DNA from: an uncultured virus (IMG/VR IMGVR_UViG_3300025945_000001)
Lineage: Duplodnaviria > Heunggongvirae > Uroviricota > Caudoviricetes
Length of the DNA: 64,000 nt
Direction: 5' to 3' (one strand)
IMG/VR virus record: IMGVR_UViG_3300025945_000001
Numbering within the stretch: position 1 is the stretch's first letter; each line of letters starts with the position of its first letter. The position numbers were made by a program, and so were the translations under genes. Positions 16,623 through 26,376 of the stretch are shown one piece after another. Under the pieces are notes generated by a model. That model ran no database searches and was not told the origin of the DNA. It saw only the letters and a list, made by a program, of their open reading frames with translations.

Positions 16623-17579
16623 ATGCTCATCATCATCGAGGGACCGGACTGTAGCCGCAAGTCCACGCTCGCCGGACTCTTGAGGCAGGAGATCGACCGT
16701 CGGACTCGCGACGAGTACGTCACACTGCTTCACGCGGGCCCACCCACCCAGCACCCGCTGGACGAGTACGTAACGCCGCTGCTCACCTACCGACCGGAGA
16801 CCTCGCGGCACGTCATCTGCGACCGCTGGCACCTCGGCGAGCTCGTGTACCCGACCGTCTTTGGACGGTCATCGCAGTGCGACGACGCGGTGTTTAGGTA
16901 CGTGGAGCTGTTCCTCCAGTCGCGTGGCGCGTACCTCGTGGTGGTGACTCCCGAGGTGGACGAGCTGCGCGAGTGCCTCGAGCGCCGCGGCGACGAACCG
17001 GGCGAGCTGGACCGCGTCGAGTCCGTGCGTGACGGCTTCATCCGCGTCGCGACGCGCACCACGCTGCCGATGACGTGGCTCAAGGACGAGACGCTGACGG
17101 TCGACGTCACGTGGTCGATCATCAACGACGCGTCGGCGGCCGCGCTCGGCGCGCACTCGCTCAACAACTTCACGACGTACGTGGGCCCCCGCTACCCTCG
17201 CCGGCTGCTCGTCGGCGACGTGCGCAAGACGGGCACCGACCCCGACGACCTCCGACCGGCGTTCATGCCGTACCCCGCGACGTCCGGACACTACCTCATG
17301 CGCGCGCTGAGCGACGCGTCGGCGGATGCGGTCGGCGTCGTCAACGGCTGCGACGTCGACGACGCACTGCAGGTCTGGTTGACGCTCAACCAACCGCAGC
17401 TCGTTACCCTCGGACGCAACGCGCAGCGCGTCACCCGCGCGTGGCTCAACCACGTTCGTCGCGACGGTCAGTACCCGCTACCCATCGAGGTGCCGCACCC
17501 CCAGTGGCAGCGACGATTCGACCACCACAACCTAGCCAACTACCGAAGCCTAATGATGGGACTCCCACGTGGAACTTGA
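16623..17579 (+). CDS. dNMP (thymidylate-type) kinase fused to a UDG-superfamily domain
   Basis: N-terminal IIIEGPDCSRKST P-loop and ICDRWHLGELVY; C-terminal LLVGD...AFMP..TSGHYL...LVTLGRNA...VPHPQ follows the UDG-fold motif order. Confidence 0.8.
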   Translation: MLIIIEGPDCSRKSTLAGLLRQEIDRRTRDEYVTLLHAGPPTQHPLDEYVTPLLTYRPETSRHVICDRWHLGELVYPTVFGRSSQCDDAVFRYVELFLQSRGAYLVVVTPEVDELRECLERRGDEPGELDRVESVRDGFIRVATRTTLPMTWLKDETLTVDVTWSIINDASAAALGAHSLNNFTTYVGPRYPRRLLVGDVRKTGTDPDDLRPAFMPYPATSGHYLMRALSDASADAVGVVNGCDVDDALQVWLTLNQPQLVTLGRNAQRVTRAWLNHVRRDGQYPLPIEVPHPQWQRRFDHHNLANYRSLMMGLPRGT

Positions 17580-18453
17580 GCTGGCAAACCTACGCGAGGG
17601 CTACGTGGAGCTTCTCGACCTACTCCTACGCGAGGGCCAACTCGTGACGTCGCGGGAACTGCCGACGCGCGAGCTGACCGGGGTCCAGGTGACGTTCACC
17701 GACCCGCTAGCTCCCCTGCTGCCCGTCCACGTCGGCCGGCGCGTCAACCTACGCCTCGCCGCCATCGAGGCGCTGGCGTTGATCGGAGGTGCCAGCGCGG
17801 CGTCGCTGCTGCAACGCGCGACGCCGAGCTACGCGCGCGTCCTGGTGGATCCGCTCAACCCCGACTACGGCGCGTACGGACCGCGCGTCGCGACCCAGGT
17901 CGGCGAGTGCCTGCGGCTGCTCGCGACCGAGCCAACGACGCGTCGCGCCATCGTGTCCATCTGGCACGTCAACGACCTCACGCACGACGGCGACCGGCCG
18001 TGCACGATCTTCCTCCAGTTCCTCGTTCGCTCCGAGCGGCTCGGCGACGAACCACGCCTCGAGCTGTACGTCACCATGCGCAGTCAGGACGTGTGGCTCG
18101 GCGTGCCGTACGACGTCTTCATGTTCTCGCAGCTTCAGCACACGTTCGCGCGCGAGCTGAAGCTGCCCGCCGGTCGGTACGTTCACCGCGTCACGAGCCT
18201 GCACCTGTACGAGACGAACGTCGAGGCGGCCGAGGCCGTCGTCGCCGCGTTTCACGCCGACCCGACGCTGCCGCCCTGCGACGACCTACCGCTCGGCGTC
18301 GTCTCGGTGTCCGGCGACGAGAGTGGTTTCGACGTGGCGAGCTACCTACTCGACGACGCCGAGGAGACCGGTGACGAAGTCGTCACCACGGACGCCGAGC
18401 GCGCGGCCAACGCCTGGTACGCGGCGCGCCTCGCCGAGCTGAAGGAGTCGTAA
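17569..18453 (+). CDS. Thymidylate-synthase-family pyrimidine (hydroxy)methylase, probably dCMP-specific
   Basis: YGAYGPR, RRAIVSIW, catalytic PC, MRSQDVWLGVPYD and SLHLY motifs; Asp in place of the dUMP-selecting Asn. Confidence 0.85.
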   Translation: MELELANLREGYVELLDLLLREGQLVTSRELPTRELTGVQVTFTDPLAPLLPVHVGRRVNLRLAAIEALALIGGASAASLLQRATPSYARVLVDPLNPDYGAYGPRVATQVGECLRLLATEPTTRRAIVSIWHVNDLTHDGDRPCTIFLQFLVRSERLGDEPRLELYVTMRSQDVWLGVPYDVFMFSQLQHTFARELKLPAGRYVHRVTSLHLYETNVEAAEAVVAAFHADPTLPPCDDLPLGVVSVSGDESGFDVASYLLDDAEETGDEVVTTDAERAANAWYAARLAELKES

Positions 18454-18456
18454 CGC

Positions 18457-18957
18457 GTGATCGACGAGCGACCGTCCATGGATCACACGTTGATGGACAT
18501 GGCCGTGGTGATGGCGCGACGAGGAACCTGCTCGCGCGCCAGCGTCGGCGTGGTGGTGGCGCGCGAGGGCCGGGTGCTGACCACCGGCTACAACGGCGCA
18601 CCACGTGGACTCAAGCACTGCCTACATCCACCTGGTGAGACGTCCGCGTCGCGTGACGCCGAGGCGCCGACGTGCACGCTGGCGGTGCACGCCGAGGCCA
18701 ACGCCGTTGCGTTCGCCGCACGTCACGGTATCGCGCTCGCGGAGTCGGCGCTGTACACGACGCTGTCACCGTGCATACCCTGCGCGCAACTCATCGTCAA
18801 CGCGGGCATTCGCTCGGTGTACGTCGACGTGCCCTACCGCAACCTCAGCGGAGTTCGACTACTGAACGAGGCCGCCATCATCGTGTTCACACGCGACGCG
18901 TCGCTGCCCACGTTCGGCTGGTACCGGGACTACGGGCAGGACCGTACGACCACCTAG
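18457..18957 (+). CDS. dCMP deaminase
   Basis: TCSRASVG, TGYNGAP, HAEANA and SPCIPCA zinc-deaminase motifs. Confidence 0.92.
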   Translation: MIDERPSMDHTLMDMAVVMARRGTCSRASVGVVVAREGRVLTTGYNGAPRGLKHCLHPPGETSASRDAEAPTCTLAVHAEANAVAFAARHGIALAESALYTTLSPCIPCAQLIVNAGIRSVYVDVPYRNLSGVRLLNEAAIIVFTRDASLPTFGWYRDYGQDRTTT

Positions 18958-18995
18958 GTCCGTACGGAACGCACGCCGCCGGCTAGGCTAGCCGA

Positions 18996-19196
18996 GTGTC
19001 GGAAACCATTAAGATCAGCGGGGTGTGGCTTCGTCGCCTGCGAGACCGAGTGACCGTATCGGTCGAGGTTAACGGGAGTTGGCGCCTCGTCATCGACGAC
19101 GACCTCACACTCGAACGAATCTCGTGGGTGGTTGAGCCACTCGGCATCGAGACGTCACCACCGGACGCGGAAGCCAACCAGGTTCACGTTCGATGA
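18996..19196 (+). CDS. Hypothetical protein
   Basis: ISGVWLR...V.VEVNG.WRLVI; ATGA-coupled to the HNH gene. Confidence 0.5.
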   Translation: MSETIKISGVWLRRLRDRVTVSVEVNGSWRLVIDDDLTLERISWVVEPLGIETSPPDAEANQVHVR

Positions 19197-19627
19197 CGCT
19201 CGACCACGACGCGACCTTGGCGCAGCGTAAGAACGCGAAGCGTCTTCTTTATCGTGCACTTCGTCACGGTGAGTTGGTTCGTCCGCTTGACTGTGAACAC
19301 TGTGGGGGTCGATCACCGAATCGTGGTCTCGACGCACATCACGTTAACGGCTATGACGATGACAATGCTTGTAACGTTGAGTGGTTATGTCAAGCGTGTC
19401 ATAATAAGATCCACGGCGGTCCCAAGCATCGTGGTCTGAGACACTCAGCGGAAACTAAACGCATCATCGCTGAAAGCGTTAAGAAGGCTTACGCTGAAGG
19501 ACGTAAGGTCGCGTACGCACCTACCGGTGTAAATAATCCATTCTTTGGTCATACTCACACCGACGAAGTTAAACAAAAGATCAGTGAGGCTCGCCGACGG
19601 TGGCATCAGGTGCGTAATGGTTCTTGA
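19193..19627 (+). mobile_element. Free-standing HNH homing endonuclease with NUMOD3 repeats
   Basis: CEHCG...HH.NGYD...NVEWLCQACHNKIH; HSAETKRII and NPFFGHTHTDEVKQKISE NUMOD3-like motifs; visibly more AT-rich than flanks. Confidence 0.88.
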
Positions 19628-21401
19628 TAATGTGCAGATAACGCTCGTCGATTCCGTTGATGATGCTGGCGATTTCATGCGTTGGTTATCGACCAAAGAT
19701 ACCGTTGCATTTGATAGTGAAACCACAGGGCTCGACATCTGCACCGAGCGCGTCCGCCTCGTGCAATACGGCGACGAGACGCAGGCGTGGGTCATTCCGT
19801 TCGAGCGCTGGTCGGGCGTCGTCTACGACGCGGTGTCCAGGTTCGAGGGACACTACGTGATGCACAACATGCCCTACGACACCGGCATGTGCGAGAATCA
19901 CGGCATCAAGATCCCGAAGAACAAGGTGCGCGACACGCGCCTCGAAATGCACGTCCTCGAGTCCACCGGCTCCCTGGCGCTGAAGACGATCAGCAAGCGA
20001 CTCGTGGATCCGCGCGCGGACGCCGGGCAGCGCTCGCTCGACGAGGCTCTCAGCGGTCGCGGCGGCTGGACGTGGGCCACGGTGCCCTACGACTACGAGC
20101 CCTACTGGACCTACGCCGGCTTCGACACGATCCTCACCAAGCACGTCGACAACCAGCTCTGGCCCCGCGTGCGAGCCGACGCTCCGCGGTCGTACGAGCT
20201 GGAGGCCGCAGCCGTGTGGATCGCGCTTAACATGCAGCGCAAGGGCGTGCGCGTCGACCGCGAGTACACCGGGCGTCTCATGGAGTCGCTCGAGACGTAC
20301 GTCGTTGAGGTCGAGAAGTGGTGTCAGCAACACTACGGCGTCTACCCCGGCTCCAACAAGGACGTCGGCAAGATCCTCTACGACGAGGCCGGTCTCACCG
20401 AGCACACTCCCAGCGGCGCGCTCAAGCTCGACAAGGAGATCCTCGGCGACTGCCCGCATCCCCTCGCGCAGGCGGTGCTCGGTCGGCGCCAGGCCGTCAA
20501 GCTCGTCTCGACGTACCTCACGCACTTCCTCGAGCTGTCGACGCGCGACGGTCGGATTCACCCGTCGATCAACACCGTGGGTGGCACGGGTAAGAACCCA
20601 TTCGAGCCCGGGGGCTCCACCGGCGTCCGCACCGGTCGCATGTCGATGAACAACCCCAACCTCCAGAACGTCCCGGTGCGGACGAAGGAAGGTAAGAAGA
20701 TCCGGCGGTGCTTCGTGCCCGACGAGGGCAACGTGTGGATCAAGTGCGACGCCGACCAGATCGAGATGCGACTGCTCGCGCACCTAGCCAACGAACCCAA
20801 GATGATCGACGCGTTCGTCTCGGAGGGTGACTTCTTCGTCAACCTCGCGCGCGACCTGTTCGCGGAACCCAGTTTCCAGAAGTCCGACCCCCGTCGGCAG
20901 ATGGTGAAGAACGGCGGGTACGCTAAGATCTACGGCGCCGGCGTGGGGAAGTTCGCCAAGACCGCCGGCGTGCTAGTCGACGAGGCAGCCGCGTTCATGC
21001 GACGGTTTGACGCGCTGTTCGACGGGATTCCTCGCTGGGTTCGGGAGGTCGAGCGACTCGGCCACGAGCGACTGGAGGCCGAGGGTGTGGCGTACGTGCG
21101 GTCCCCGCTGACCGGTCGCCGACACGTCGCCGACGCCGGGCGCCTGTACACGCTGGTGAACTACCTCATCCAGGGCACGGCCGGCGAGCTGCTGAAGTTG
21201 AAGATGGTCGAGGCCGACCACGCGGGACTCGGCGATTACATGATACTGCCGGTGCACGACGAGGTGGACCTCGACGTGCCTCGCGACGACGTACCCGAGG
21301 TGCTCGCCACGCTGACCGACGTCATGAACGACGATCAACTGCTGCGGGTGCCGCTCACGTGGTCCGCGGAGACCGGTCCGAGCTGGGGCGAGTGCGAGTA
21401 G
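19617..21401 (+). CDS. polA: Family A DNA polymerase (3'-5' exonuclease plus polymerase)
   Basis: AFDSETTGL, HNMPYD, YAGFD exonuclease motifs; RTGRMS..NPNLQN, DADQIEMR (motif A), R...KNGGYAKIYGAG (motif B), VHDE (motif C). Confidence 0.95.
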   Translation: MVLDNVQITLVDSVDDAGDFMRWLSTKDTVAFDSETTGLDICTERVRLVQYGDETQAWVIPFERWSGVVYDAVSRFEGHYVMHNMPYDTGMCENHGIKIPKNKVRDTRLEMHVLESTGSLALKTISKRLVDPRADAGQRSLDEALSGRGGWTWATVPYDYEPYWTYAGFDTILTKHVDNQLWPRVRADAPRSYELEAAAVWIALNMQRKGVRVDREYTGRLMESLETYVVEVEKWCQQHYGVYPGSNKDVGKILYDEAGLTEHTPSGALKLDKEILGDCPHPLAQAVLGRRQAVKLVSTYLTHFLELSTRDGRIHPSINTVGGTGKNPFEPGGSTGVRTGRMSMNNPNLQNVPVRTKEGKKIRRCFVPDEGNVWIKCDADQIEMRLLAHLANEPKMIDAFVSEGDFFVNLARDLFAEPSFQKSDPRRQMVKNGGYAKIYGAGVGKFAKTAGVLVDEAAAFMRRFDALFDGIPRWVREVERLGHERLEAEGVAYVRSPLTGRRHVADAGRLYTLVNYLIQGTAGELLKLKMVEADHAGLGDYMILPVHDEVDLDVPRDDVPEVLATLTDVMNDDQLLRVPLTWSAETGPSWGECE

Positions 21402-21411
21402 GAGTGGTGGA

Positions 21412-21867
21412 GTGAAGAGACTGAGGTTCTACGTCAGTGGTCCGATCTCGGGCCTGCCGAACGGCAACGCGCACGCGTTCAGCGTCGCTAAGAGTCTCGT
21501 TCACTCGTGGGGTCACGAGGCGATCGTCCCTCACGAGATCGAGCCGCACCGGCACGAGGGTCCGTGCCCACCGTCGTACTCGAACCTCGTCACCGGCGGG
21601 GGTGGCCACACCAGCACGGCGTGCTTCATCCGCACCGACCTGAAGGTGCTCCTCGAGTGCGACGCAATCCTCATGATGAAGGGTTGGGAGCGCAGCGTTG
21701 GCGCGCGCCTCGAGTTCGACGTCGCGGCGATCTCGGGGTTGAAGATCTTCTACGAGGACGGGATGACGTTTCCCGTTCGCCCGACCGAGCGCGAGCCAAG
21801 TGGCCTAGAGCGGGGTCTGCGCGACGCCGAGTTCATGCGGCGTCGTCGAACTGAGGAGTCATTGTGA
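21412..21867 (+). CDS. DUF4406 / nucleoside deoxyribosyltransferase-like protein
   Basis: FYVSGPISGLP..N..AF...L.CDAILMM.GWERS.GARLE. Confidence 0.8.
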   Translation: MKRLRFYVSGPISGLPNGNAHAFSVAKSLVHSWGHEAIVPHEIEPHRHEGPCPPSYSNLVTGGGGHTSTACFIRTDLKVLLECDAILMMKGWERSVGARLEFDVAAISGLKIFYEDGMTFPVRPTEREPSGLERGLRDAEFMRRRRTEESL

Positions 21868-22039
21868 CGTTACCTCACGTGGGTCTCTATGGGCACGGCA
21901 TGCACGACTTTATCCTACGCGAGTGCGAGGTGGGTACGCGCGTCGCGTGCGCCGAGGACGACGAGGCGTGTGGCTTCGGTCCTCTGTTCGACGCTCGGTA
22001 CCTCGCGTGGGCTCGCGCGCAACCGGACCACGTTGAGCC

Positions 22040-22525
22040 ATGATCGATGAGTTCGAGCGCTACGTCATCGGCGTCGACGGCGGCCTCAGCACCGGCGTCG
22101 CGATCTTACGTGACGTCGAGCTGTTCGCGGTCTACCAGGGTCCGTGGGAGTCGGCGTTGGAGTGGCTCGACGACGTGGCGACTCGACTGCACACGCGGGG
22201 TGGCGACGTCGTCGTCGTGGCCGAGCGCTTCCGCAGCGGCGTCGGCTCGGTGCGCGCCTCGGCGCAGCCACACGCCGGGCGGGTGTACGCGGCCGCCGAG
22301 GACCTCGCGCGGCGACTCGGCGTTGAGTTCGCGGGGCAGGGTCCCGCCGAGGCGAAGCGGTTGGCGCCGAACCACGTTCTCCGCCGCGTGGGCCTGTACC
22401 TACGTGGTGACCAGGTCGGCTGCCCGGACGCGAACGACGTGAACGACGCGATCCGCCACGCTATCTTGTTCTTAGCACGACGTAGGGCTTCGGTCTTCAC
22501 TAGGCTGCTCAACTCCGAGCCGTAG
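22040..22525 (+). CDS. RuvC-like Holliday junction resolvase
   Basis: VIGVDGGLSTGVA...VVVAERF...Q.PAEAK...DVNDAIRH. Confidence 0.75.
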   Translation: MIDEFERYVIGVDGGLSTGVAILRDVELFAVYQGPWESALEWLDDVATRLHTRGGDVVVVAERFRSGVGSVRASAQPHAGRVYAAAEDLARRLGVEFAGQGPAEAKRLAPNHVLRRVGLYLRGDQVGCPDANDVNDAIRHAILFLARRRASVFTRLLNSEP

Positions 22526-22593
22526 GAAACGCCGCGGTTAGTTTGCAAACGCAACGCAGCCCAGTAACTCATCATTGATCGGTAGGACAGTAC

Positions 22594-24483
22594 GTGGCGC
22601 ACGCCGACTACGACGCGGAGCACGACCGGGTGGTGATTCACACGGCGTGGAACGAGAAGGACCTACTTCGAGCGGTGCCCGGCGCGCGCTGGGACGCCGC
22701 GACGCGCGTGTGGGTGGCGTCGGCGACCTGGGCCTCGATCGTGACGCTGCGCGGCGTGCTCGGCCAGCAGCTCACGCTCGGCGACCGACTGATCCAGTGG
22801 GCCTGGAAGCTGCGCCGCGACCGGATCGACCCGGCCGTCGAGCTGCGAAGTCAGCTCAACCACCCGAAGAGCGAACGGTTCTCGCCGCACCTCTACGACT
22901 TTCAGCGCGCCGGGGTGGCGTTCATGGACGTCGCCGACAGCGGGATCCTCGGCGACGAGATGGGCACCGGCAAGACCATCCAGATGCTCGACGTCCTCAA
23001 GGAGAACGGACTGCCGGCGCTGGTCATCTGCCCGAACTCGGTGAAGCACCACTGGCGGCAGCGCGCCGTGGACTTCCTACCGAAGGCGACGCCGTACGTG
23101 GTCGAGGGCACCGCCACGCAGCGACGCAAGATTCTCAAGTCGGCGCTCGGCGACGTGACCGCGCTCGTCATCATCAACATCGAGTCGGTCCGCCTGTTCA
23201 GTCGCCTAGCGCCGTACGGTAGCGTGCGTCTGAAGCGCTGCCGTGAGTGTGACCCGCTGCACGGCGACGAGAACCTCAAGGCGACGCGCTGCGACGTGCA
23301 CCGCAAGGAGCTCAACCACTTCGTGTTCAAGACCGTCGTCCTCGACGAGGCTCACCGCATTAAGGAACCCTCCGCGCAGCAGACCCGCGCGATCTGGCAC
23401 CTCGGCAGTCAACCCGGCGTCGCTCGTCGGTGGGCGTTGACCGGTACGCCGATCGCGAACCACCCGGGCGACCTGTGGTCGATCCTACACTTCGTCGCGC
23501 CGACCGAGTTTCCCACGCGCACGAAGTTCATCGACCGTTACTGCCTGATCTCGTGGAACGCGTTCGGTGGCACGGACATCGTCGGGGTTCGACCGGACAC
23601 GCGCGACGAGCTGTACCGGATGCTTGACCCGCGGTTCCGCCGGGTGCTGAAGGCGGTCGTGTTGCCGCAGCTACCGCCCAAGGTTCGCCAGACGCGCTAC
23701 GTCGACCTCACGACGACGCAGGAGCGCATGTATCGCGAGCTCGAGAGCTCACTGGTCGCGCGCACCGAGACCGGCGAGCTGCTGATCGCGCCGTCGAACC
23801 TCGCGGCGCAGACGCGCCTCATGCAGCTCACGGCCGCGTCGGTGACGATCGACCAGGTCGATCCCGACGACGTCGGGAGCTGGGAGGTAACGCTCAAGGA
23901 GCCCGCGCCGAAGCTGGACGCGCTGGAGGAGATCCTCGACGAGCTGGGCGTGTTCACGCCCCACTACGAGGGCACTCCCGTGCTGGTCGCCGCGGAGTAC
24001 CGCCAGCTCGTCGAGCTGGCCAGCGCGCGACTGCGCAAGCGCAACGTACCGCACGCGATCATCATGGGTGGCGTCAGCGAGTTTGACCGCAACCGCGCCA
24101 TCGAGGATCTCACGACGCGTCGCATTCACGTGCTTCTCTTCACCAGCGCCGCCGGCGGCACCGGTCTGGACATGTCCGCGTCGGACACGCTCATCAACCT
24201 GCAACGCTCGTGGTCGTTGATCAACGAGCGGCAGAAGGAGGATCGACCGCACCGCATCGGCGCGGAGGTCCACGAGACGTTGCGGATCATCGACATCACC
24301 ACCAAGGGTACCGTCGAGGAAACGCAGGTGACGCGACTTCAGGAGAAGCTGCTGCGGCTCGACGAGATCACCCGCGACCGGGCCGCGCTGCTGCGCGCCA
24401 ACGTGCACGCGGACACCACGACCTTCGACGCCGAGGAGCAGTTCATCCTACGCTCGTTCCCAGGTCTACCCAGTGAGGAGTAA
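22594..24483 (+). CDS. SNF2-family DNA helicase
   Basis: LYDFQ, GDEMGTGKT, VLDEAHRIK, ALTGTP, GGTGLD, QKEDRPHRIG. Confidence 0.93.
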   Translation: MAHADYDAEHDRVVIHTAWNEKDLLRAVPGARWDAATRVWVASATWASIVTLRGVLGQQLTLGDRLIQWAWKLRRDRIDPAVELRSQLNHPKSERFSPHLYDFQRAGVAFMDVADSGILGDEMGTGKTIQMLDVLKENGLPALVICPNSVKHHWRQRAVDFLPKATPYVVEGTATQRRKILKSALGDVTALVIINIESVRLFSRLAPYGSVRLKRCRECDPLHGDENLKATRCDVHRKELNHFVFKTVVLDEAHRIKEPSAQQTRAIWHLGSQPGVARRWALTGTPIANHPGDLWSILHFVAPTEFPTRTKFIDRYCLISWNAFGGTDIVGVRPDTRDELYRMLDPRFRRVLKAVVLPQLPPKVRQTRYVDLTTTQERMYRELESSLVARTETGELLIAPSNLAAQTRLMQLTAASVTIDQVDPDDVGSWEVTLKEPAPKLDALEEILDELGVFTPHYEGTPVLVAAEYRQLVELASARLRKRNVPHAIIMGGVSEFDRNRAIEDLTTRRIHVLLFTSAAGGTGLDMSASDTLINLQRSWSLINERQKEDRPHRIGAEVHETLRIIDITTKGTVEETQVTRLQEKLLRLDEITRDRAALLRANVHADTTTFDAEEQFILRSFPGLPSEE

Positions 24484-24484
24484 C

Positions 24485-25924
24485 GTGACCTACTCGTTCG
24501 ATCCCCAGGAGCTGACCGGCGCGCTGGTGCTCGAACTGCGCACCCGGCACAAGCTGTCCCGCGCCCAGTTCAGCCAGCTCGCCGGGTTCACCGGACGGTC
24601 GACCGCTCGACTCAGCAACATCGAGAACAAGGAGTCGTGGAAGCCCGGCGACCGCGAGGCCGTCGCGCGGGTGCTCACCGACATCCAGGGTGGCAACTTC
24701 GATCCCCGGTATCACGAGCCGAAGACGCCCAAGCAGGCCGCACCTCGGTACGCGCCGCCGACGCTGGCGACCGATCTCATCACCGACGACGAGGACGCGC
24801 TCGAGGACCTGCTCGCCGACGTGGTCGGTCCGCCACCTCCGCCGCCGCCACCGCCGCCGCGCGTCGAGGTCAACTCGTCGGAGCCACTGCTCATTCCGAC
24901 AGTTGAGCTGCTGCCCGACCCGGTGCCGCGCGACGGCGTGTACTCGATCAGCAACGGCGAGCAGCAGACGTGGAAGCGCTGCCGGCGGAAGTGGTGGCTC
25001 ACCTGGTACCGCGAGCTGCGACTCAAGAACGTCGAGTTCGTCGGCGTGCGCGCGATCGGCGACCGCGTTCACCGGGCGCTCGCCGCGTGGTACGAACCCG
25101 AGGGACAGCCTCGCGTCGACCCACGCGACGCGTTGGAGCGTGCCATCGTCGAGGACTGGACACAGGTCACGCGGCTCGCGCAGGAGCGCGGACTCGGCGA
25201 GGACCGGCTGCGTGAGTTCGCGCTCGAGTACGCCGAGAGCACGAACCTCGAGCGTGCCATGGTCGAGGGCTACGTCCAGTGGCTCGAGGAGACCGGGGTG
25301 GACTCCGAGCTCCGCGTCATCGCCTCCGAGACGCCCATGACGGCCGACCTGGAGGTGCGCACTCACGCGGGTGACGACCGGCCGCTACGTGTGATCGGAC
25401 TCCTCGACACGCGCGTTCACCGCGTTACCGACGGTCGTCGTCTGTTTCTCGACCACAAGACGGTCGGCGACCTCCAGACGCCGGCGATCACCCTGCCGCA
25501 GAACGAGCAGATGCTACACTACGACCTCCTGGAGTGGCTCAACACGGCCGAGGGCGAGCGGCGCTGCGACGGGGCGCTCTACAACATGATCCGCCGCGTG
25601 AAGCGCAGCGCTAAGGCCAAGCCGCCGTTCTACGACCGGGTCGAGGTGCACCACAATGTGCACGAGTTGGAGTCGTACAAGCGTCGACTCCTGGCCACGG
25701 TCGCCGACGTCATGCAGGCGATCGACGCGCTCGACGCCGGGGTCGATCACCGCGACGTCGTGTACCCGACGCCGAAGTCGGACTGTCGCTGGGACTGCGA
25801 CTTCTTCGCCGTGTGCAACATGTTCGACGACGGCTCACCCGGCGTGGAGGACATGCTCGGTCAGCTCTACGTCCAGGGTGATCCACGCGACCGCTACCGA
25901 GGTACGGACGGCAAGACGCTGTGA
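24485..25924 (+). CDS. XRE-HTH fused to a Cas4/RecB-like PD-(D/E)xK exonuclease
   Basis: N-terminal LRTRHKLSRAQFSQLAG...LSNIEN HTH; poly-Pro linker; WKRCRRKWW, GDRVHRAL, GLLD...LDHKT, Q...Y, C.WDCDF..VC. Confidence 0.85.
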   Translation: MTYSFDPQELTGALVLELRTRHKLSRAQFSQLAGFTGRSTARLSNIENKESWKPGDREAVARVLTDIQGGNFDPRYHEPKTPKQAAPRYAPPTLATDLITDDEDALEDLLADVVGPPPPPPPPPPRVEVNSSEPLLIPTVELLPDPVPRDGVYSISNGEQQTWKRCRRKWWLTWYRELRLKNVEFVGVRAIGDRVHRALAAWYEPEGQPRVDPRDALERAIVEDWTQVTRLAQERGLGEDRLREFALEYAESTNLERAMVEGYVQWLEETGVDSELRVIASETPMTADLEVRTHAGDDRPLRVIGLLDTRVHRVTDGRRLFLDHKTVGDLQTPAITLPQNEQMLHYDLLEWLNTAEGERRCDGALYNMIRRVKRSAKAKPPFYDRVEVHHNVHELESYKRRLLATVADVMQAIDALDAGVDHRDVVYPTPKSDCRWDCDFFAVCNMFDDGSPGVEDMLGQLYVQGDPRDRYRGTDGKTL

Positions 25925-26376
25925 CGACGAAGCCCAAGATGTTCAACGTCTTCCGCCGGATGAACAAGCGCCGTCGGACGCGCGCCCTGCTGGTCGCGCT
26001 GATCGACCGAGCCGAGTGGGGACCACCTCGTCCGATGGCTGCGCCCGTCACACTGGCCACGAAGATCGGCTCGTGCCCCGCGTGCAGCACGGTGATCGAC
26101 GTCGGCGACGAGATCCAGGCGGCCCTCGTCGGTCCACCCGGCGCGTCGTTCGAGGCGTGGATCCACGCGTCGTGTCCCAACTGGTGGGACGTGGTTCGCG
26201 ACATCATCGAGGACTACGACGAACTGATCGTGACGAAGGTGATCCCGGAGGGCCGCCGCGTCGCGAGCTGCGGCCACAACGTAGGAGGTGGCCCGGTGTA
26301 CCTGGTCCGCAACCCGGTCTCCCTGCTCGACGACAACCACAGTTACTGGCTCTGCGAAGGATGCGTGACACGATGA
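25921..26376 (+). CDS. Zinc-binding hypothetical protein
   Basis: CPAC...HASC...CGH...CEGC. Confidence 0.55.
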   Translation: MTTKPKMFNVFRRMNKRRRTRALLVALIDRAEWGPPRPMAAPVTLATKIGSCPACSTVIDVGDEIQAALVGPPGASFEAWIHASCPNWWDVVRDIIEDYDELIVTKVIPEGRRVASCGHNVGGGPVYLVRNPVSLLDDNHSYWLCEGCVTR

